Shown here piece by piece: positions 58,710-64,000 of a stretch of 64,000 bases of DNA; the stretch's first letter is position 1; each line of letters opens with the position of its first letter. A program made the translations under genes and the position numbers. The stretch comes from Candidatus Marinacidobacterales bacterium (GTDB taxonomy: Bacteria; Acidobacteriota; Vicinamibacteria; Marinacidobacterales; DATDRI01), in contig OZ245365.1 of NCBI GenBank assembly GCA_965226495.1, positions 224,001 through 288,000 of the forward strand, given 5' to 3'. The notes beneath the pieces were generated by a model that saw only the letters and a program-made list of their open reading frames with translations, was not told the DNA's origin and ran no database searches.

Positions 58710-59363
58710 CTACGGTTCTACGATGAGACGTCCACCCTCCGGTTGGCCGGGAGCTTCGGCCTCGGGAAGCTTCGCTAAAGCTCCCCGGAAGACTCGTTCG
58801 GCGGAGTCCAGATAGCTCTTCTGATTCTCGACTTGTTTTTGGTGCGTTTCGATAGCAGATTGAATGGTCTGCAACACGGTGAGCACATCGGCGTCGGAAG
58901 ACGGAGGCGCACCCGGCAACTCTTCACGCCGGGCCAGGGTTTCTCTAAGTCTAGTGATAATCGCTTGAAGTCGAAGGTCCTCGCTTTTGTGTTCGTAAAC
59001 GACACCCTTGGAGAGCGTATCGAAAGTGCGTGCCAGCGTGGACACAACCGCTGCGAGATCCGCGTCCCTGAGCTCGGCCCCTAGCTCATGTCGTGTTCGA
59101 ATCAGGAGAGAGTGAACGAAGACCAAAAGGGGGACCCGCTCGCGTGGGAGACCCGCGAAGTTGGAGAGGAAACGCATGTCATCCATTTGTCGGCCAGGGT
59201 GCTGCCATCGAGGATCATGCTCACCGTGGAGGTAGGGACAGTCCGCCGGACACTGGATCTCCACTCGTCGTTTGGTGCCACAGCAGCGCGAGCAAATGCC
59301 GTCGCCTCCGTGAGCGGGGCAGGACCGCTTGCCTTTAACTTTGCCGCAATACCAGCAGTGCAC
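58710..59363 (-). CDS. Hypothetical protein with an N-terminal Cys-rich (zinc-finger-like) domain
   Basis: GTG start 2 nt after the upstream stop; CWYC...C...CSRCC...CPADCPYL. Confidence 0.75.
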   Translation of the reverse strand: MHCWYCGKVKGKRSCPAHGGDGICSRCCGTKRRVEIQCPADCPYLHGEHDPRWQHPGRQMDDMRFLSNFAGLPRERVPLLVFVHSLLIRTRHELGAELRDADLAAVVSTLARTFDTLSKGVVYEHKSEDLRLQAIITRLRETLARREELPGAPPSSDADVLTVLQTIQSAIETHQKQVENQKSYLDSAERVFRGALAKLPEAEAPGQPEGGRLIVEP

Positions 59364-59365
59364 TT

Positions 59366-61958
59366 TCAGGTCTTGACTGCGTAGGTTGCGGCCAGTAGCT
59401 CGGCAACATTGCGGAAACGCCCATCCGGCTCTTCGGCCAGACATCGGGCAATGATCTGGTCCAGCGCCACGGGGATTCCAGGCACGAGCTTCTGAAGGGT
59501 AGGGGGAGCACCGTTGGCTGCCGCTTGAGGGCTGGCGGGGTGGAGCCCAGTCATTCCGTGGAAGAGCAGCCCGCCCAGCGAGTAGATGTCGGTTCTCGCG
59601 TCGGCTGGGTTGCCGGCGAGGAACTCCGGAGGCGCATATCCATCGCCTTTGCCGAGCGCAGGCGTACGGAGGGCGCCCAAGCCGAGACCGGATAGACGTA
59701 ATTTACCGCCCTTGGCGACCAGTACATCGGTCAACTTCAGATCCTTGTGTAAAACCTGCCGTTGATGCGCGTATGCCAGGGCAATGCACAGGTTGGTGAG
59801 GAGATCGATCGCCTGCCTGACGTTCAGGCGTCGGTCGCCCGATAAGATCGCCGCCAGGCTGCGACCCTCTACGAACTCCATGATTACGGTTTTTTGTCCG
59901 CGCATCTCAGTCAATCCGAGCAGGCGAACCAGGTTTGGATGATCGAAGCTGCGAGCGATCTTCGCCTCTGCCAAGAAACGTTTGACGGTCTCATCGTTCT
60001 GGAGGAGGTCTTTCCTCAAGATCTTCGCGACGACCGGCCGGCCATTGCGAGTATCGAGGGCTTTGAACGTTCCGCCCAAGAGACCGCGGCCCAGTTCCTC
60101 AATCAACTTGAAATGAGGAGTGGGCGCAGTGCCTGCCGTCGGAGCCGAAGCTTTCGGAGTCGCGGCGGTCGGACGCGGTGGTGCAGCGGCCGGTGCGGGT
60201 GTTGCGGGGACAGTAGGCTGCCGCGGTGCTTCCGTCGCTGGTGCCGCCGAAGCCGGGGGTAACACCGCAGGTGCTAGCGTGGCCGGAGCGACAACTGCGG
60301 CAGGCGCGGCGGGCGGTGGCATCGGCGCAGCAGGCGGCGCGGCAGGCGGAGCGGCAGGCGCCGGAGCCTGTTGAGCCTGTTGAGCCTGTTGAGACTGCTG
60401 CGCGGCGGACGCCGGATCGCTCAAACGTGCAATCCTTTCTTCCACATCCTCGTACCCGTAGCGCTCGGCCATTACCTGACGGAACGTCTCGATCGCTTCC
60501 TCGCGCTTGCCGAGTTTTTCGTAGACCAATCCCAGGCAAAAGTAATGTTCCAATGTCTGAGGTCCGATGGGCCGATCGCGCAACACTCGCTGGAGCTTCT
60601 CCTGGGCGAGGGAGACCATGTTCTTGTCGAGGAAGAGGCGCGAGAGTAGAACCGTCGCGGTCTCGTAGTTCTCATCCGACGGTTCGACTCGCTGAAATAG
60701 CTGGATTGCCCGTTCCCCTTCACCCCGACCATGAGCCAACTTGCCCGCCTCGAAGAAACGCCCTGCCTTTTCGAAGAGCTCAGAAGCCTTGTTCTCTTCT
60801 CCAACCTCGGAGTACAACTTGGCCGCCATCAGCGCGTCACCGCCGCGTTCGAACATCTCTGCGGCTTTTTCCTTTTTTTCCGCGAGGAGATAGACGTTCG
60901 CCGCCTGAAGAAGAGACTCGCTCTGCTCGTAGCACTTCGCGGCGGAGGTGAGATCGCCCACCGACTCGAAAAGCTCGGCCGCCCGTAGGTTGTCCCCGCC
61001 CTTTAGGAATTCCTCAGCGGCCTTCGCGGCATCGCCTTGGCGGAACGCAACCTCGCCTCTGATTGCGGCGGCCCTTTCTGTCTGGCCCGCTTTCTCGAAC
61101 ATCTCCGCGGCTTTCCCCAGCTCCTCTTCTTTGAGGTGCAGCTCTCCGGCTTGGTCGAACTTGCCCATACGGGCCGCGAGCTCGGCCGCCTTCTTGGACA
61201 GGCGGGCACGTTGGTAGATATTGGCCGCCTTCTCCAGTTCACCCACCTTTTCGTACAGCTGTCCTGCGATCAAGGCGACCTTGGCTTCCCGATCGGAAGA
61301 GGAGGAGATGAGGCCGCCGCCTCCGAAAGAGCTAGTGGCTAGCCAGTGTTTCTCGTAGTTCTCGGCTGCCTTCAGTTGTTTCCCCATTTTTTCGAAGGCC
61401 TGAGCGGCCTGAGGATGGTAGGAAACTTGCTCGTAAAGCTCGGCGGCTCGGTCGTATACCTCGGCGTCGTAGTAGAGTTTCGCCGCGTCGATCTTCTGCC
61501 CGTTTTGTTCGTAGATTTCCGCGGCCTTCGCGCCATGTCCGGAGGTAACTAGAGTATTGGCGGCACGCTTCCAGTCGTCCGCTCGCCGATACATTTCCGC
61601 GGCGTGCTCATAATGTTCGAGCTTCTCGTACAGGGTCCCCAGCGGCAGTGTATTCTTCGGCTTCCTGGTACGTTTCTATGGCCTCTTCGTACCACTCCGC
61701 GTCTTCGTAGAGTTGGGCCGCCCCCACGATGTCACCTTTCTTCTTGAGGTTCGTGACTTCACGAGTGAATTGCATCGCACGATACTTCTCGCCTCCGAAA
61801 CGATCGATGATCTGGTCCCAGACTCCTGACTCCTCGAGCTTGCTCCGCAACGGTGGGAACAGATAGGTCTTGATGACGTAGATGGCGAAGAGAATAAGGG
61901 CGATCGGTACGAAGATATCGACGATCGGTGCCGGCAAGAAGCTTTTAAGGAAACTCAT
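59366..61958 (-). CDS. Membrane-anchored TPR protein with a Pro/Ala linker and a C-terminal Ser/Thr pseudokinase domain; frameshift at 61637-61640
   Basis: ORFs 61608-61958 and 59366-61594 join if one G is removed (TAAGTLYEKLEHYEHAAEMY). Kinase motifs LGRG, VVAK, HPNLV and HKDLK are present. Confidence 0.85.
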
Positions 61959-62103
61959 GACTTCGAGTCAGAGGCCCACCTGGTTAATACTTGAGAGGAC
62001 ATGCGCACGAACAAGAAGTGACATTCATTTTCGCATGGCCCACCCCGAAATGTCAAAGCATCTCTTTCTCAGTAGTTTACGGAGAGGGCCCGGCCGCCTC
62101 CCC

Positions 62104-62132
62104 TTGACGGACTCTCGCCGGGTCGCTAGCAT
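62104..62132 (+). promoter_or_regulatory. Sigma-70-type promoter upstream of the PilB/GspE gene
   Basis: TTGACG-N17-TAGCAT. Confidence 0.6.
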
Positions 62133-62175
62133 TGTGTTGGAGGTACTGGCCCCCAACGTAGGGCATCATAACAAG

Positions 62176-62335
62176 GGTTGCCACAGTCTGACTTGCTCAG
62201 GCGCAGCCAAAAACGGGGTTGCGCTAACCGGACAAAGTGAGAGGCACCCAAACTAACTGGTTGCTGAACCGGAAGTGGTCAGGGGTTCCCTGAACACTTG
62301 GTTGCCATAACTCGACTCAGTCAGGGGCTGGGCAC
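62176..62335. repeat. Degenerate tandem array with a 41-42 bp period (4 units)
   Basis: GGTTGC starts at 62176, 62217, 62259 and 62300; each unit carries a variant of CCTGAC-N3-GTCAGG. Confidence 0.7.
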
Positions 62336-62337
62336 TC

Positions 62338-63954
62338 ATGGCCAAAGGCGCAGCAGGGGACGCTAAGTGGGATGTAGAAGAGGCGCATCGCCTCGCCGGG
62401 CGATACGGCTACCCCTTCGTCGATCTCACCAATTACCAAGAGGACGTCGCTCTGTGGCAACACGTATCGATGGATCTGATCCTGCGCTATCGATTCCTGC
62501 CTCTCCGAGACGGGGGACAGTCGCTCGTCGTCGCCGTTGCTAATCCTGAGAAATACCAGATTCTCGACGATCTCGAGCTTGCCTTGGGGCGTCCGCTTGC
62601 CCTCGAAGTCGCCCCAAGCTCTCAGATCGATGCCATACTGGAACGCAACGCCAGCTCGAGCTTCCTTCTTGAAGAGGCCTCGGAACAGCTGAAACTGGAA
62701 TTGGTCAACGAGGACAACGTCGCCAGCCTTGCCAGCGGGGACTCGGCACTCGACGAGCAATTGGCCGAGCAAAAGAGCCCCATCATCAAACTCGTCGACA
62801 GTCTCATCTTGAACGCGGTCGAGCGGCGAGCCAGCGATATTCATATCGAGACGAAGGATGGAGAGGTCGTACTTAAGTATCGAGTAGACGGAGTTCTCTA
62901 TTCCGCCATGGAGCCTCTCGACCCCGTCCATAGCGCGACCATTATTTCTCGAGTCAAAGTGATGGCGGAGCTCGATGTCGCGGAAAGACGCGTGCCGCAG
63001 GATGGGCGTTTCAAGATGAGGGTTCGGGGGCGCACCATTGATTTTAGAGTCTCCATCATGCCTAGTATTTTTGGCGAAGACGCCGTGATCCGGCTCTTGG
63101 ATAAGGAATCCATCAGCGAGCAGTTCAAGAGCCTCAGTTTGGATGTGCTCGGCCTACCGCCTTTGGAGCTGAAGCGCTTCAGGAAATACATTACCGAGCC
63201 CTATGGCATGATCCTGGTGACCGGCCCCACGGGCAGCGGCAAGACCACCACGCTCTACGCTGCACTTTCCGAGATAGCGAGCCCGGAGCAGAAAATCGTA
63301 ACCATCGAGGATCCGGTGGAGTACCAGATAGCGAACATCACGCAGGTACCAGTCAACGAACGAAAGGGACTGACCTTCGCGCGGGGATTGCGTTCTCTGC
63401 TTCGCCACGATCCGGACAAGATTATGGTGGGTGAGGTGCGGGACCCGGAAACCGCGAAGATCGCGGTGCAGGCCGCATTAACCGGGCACTTGGTATTCAC
63501 TACCGTTCATGCCAATAACGTTTTCGATGTGATCGGACGTTTTATCCACATGGGTGTCGAGCCCTACAATTTCGTTTCGGCGCTCAACTGCGTGATGGCA
63601 CAGCGGCTGGTCCGGGTGATTTGTCCATCCTGCAAGATCGAGGTCCAGCCAGAAGAGGTCTTGCTCGAAGAGTCTGGTCTCGAGCCGACAACCTATCGGG
63701 ATAGCCCGCTCTATGAAGGCACGGGCTGTCGCGTGTGCACCGGCACCGGTTTTCGAGGACGGACCGCGATATGCGAGTTGTTGGATTTGTCCGACCGTGT
63801 ACGTCAAATGATCCTCGAGCACCGTAGTGCCGCGGAGTTGAAGCAGGCGGTGCGCACGGAAGGAATGACGCTTCTTCGCGAGAATGCGCTCGAAAAAGCC
63901 TTCGCCGGCGTCACTACTCTCCGCGAGATAAATAAAGTAACCTTCGTCGACTGA
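62338..63954 (+). CDS. GspE/PilB family secretion/pilus ATPase
   Basis: ASDIHIE, RRVPQDGRF, GPTGSGKTTTLY, TIEDPVEY, LRHDPDKIMVGEVRD and CxxC...CxxC. Confidence 0.95.
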   Translation: MAKGAAGDAKWDVEEAHRLAGRYGYPFVDLTNYQEDVALWQHVSMDLILRYRFLPLRDGGQSLVVAVANPEKYQILDDLELALGRPLALEVAPSSQIDAILERNASSSFLLEEASEQLKLELVNEDNVASLASGDSALDEQLAEQKSPIIKLVDSLILNAVERRASDIHIETKDGEVVLKYRVDGVLYSAMEPLDPVHSATIISRVKVMAELDVAERRVPQDGRFKMRVRGRTIDFRVSIMPSIFGEDAVIRLLDKESISEQFKSLSLDVLGLPPLELKRFRKYITEPYGMILVTGPTGSGKTTTLYAALSEIASPEQKIVTIEDPVEYQIANITQVPVNERKGLTFARGLRSLLRHDPDKIMVGEVRDPETAKIAVQAALTGHLVFTTVHANNVFDVIGRFIHMGVEPYNFVSALNCVMAQRLVRVICPSCKIEVQPEEVLLEESGLEPTTYRDSPLYEGTGCRVCTGTGFRGRTAICELLDLSDRVRQMILEHRSAAELKQAVRTEGMTLLRENALEKAFAGVTTLREINKVTFVD

Positions 63955-64000
63955 GGTGGCCCGTTGGATAAGGCTCGGCGCGATTTCCAGAATCCAAACG

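Noticed and set aside
60120-60400. Pro/Ala-rich low-complexity stretch with 9-bp QQA repeats
   Set aside because: An ordinary flexible linker between the TPR and kinase domains.
61608-61958. Separate 116-aa membrane protein
   Set aside because: It joins the downstream TPR-kinase ORF when one G of a G4 run is removed; probably a sequencing error.
62176-62335. CRISPR array or c-di-GMP riboswitch reading of the pilB leader
   Set aside because: The units are degenerate along their whole length with no repeat/spacer structure, no cas genes are nearby, and I could not match the GEMM consensus.

Overview
A GC-rich bacterial window, probably Acidobacteriota (ADOP-family permease; inference). At least three apparent +1 frameshifts fall in or next to short homopolymers, which suggests long-read or MAG errors. 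The first 23.4 kb hold two tandem giant secreted proteins on the minus strand. One is over 4,460 aa, runs off the left edge and is missing from the ORF track; the other is about 3,280 aa. Both are built from shuffled beta-helix and scaffold modules, share a near-identical C-terminal cassette leading into a gingipain-like C25 peptidase, and have matching sigma-54 promoters with IHF-like sites. Directly upstream are a Cys/Ser/Gly-rich RiPP-like precursor, an orphan Wzc, a Wzy/GT-C-like membrane protein, a standalone PqqD/RRE, and a small membrane protein with an in-frame UGA followed by a SECIS-like hairpin (candidate selenoprotein). The rest is mostly ordinary genes, with some notable exceptions: an ECF sigma / zinc-finger-Ogt / TraR-PP2C operon; a PilZ-lytic transglycosylase fusion; a four-gene cluster of an NTT (ATP/ADP translocase)-HEAT transporter, a cNMP-binding protein, a secreted phosphatase and a secreted PI3K/PI4K-like kinase (candidate ATP-export-fuelled extracytoplasmic phosphorylation system); a TPR-pseudokinase; and a degenerate 41-42 bp operator-like array upstream of a PilB/GspE ATPase. 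I found no rRNA, tRNA, CRISPR array or transposase. All family calls come from motif recognition by eye, not from database searches.
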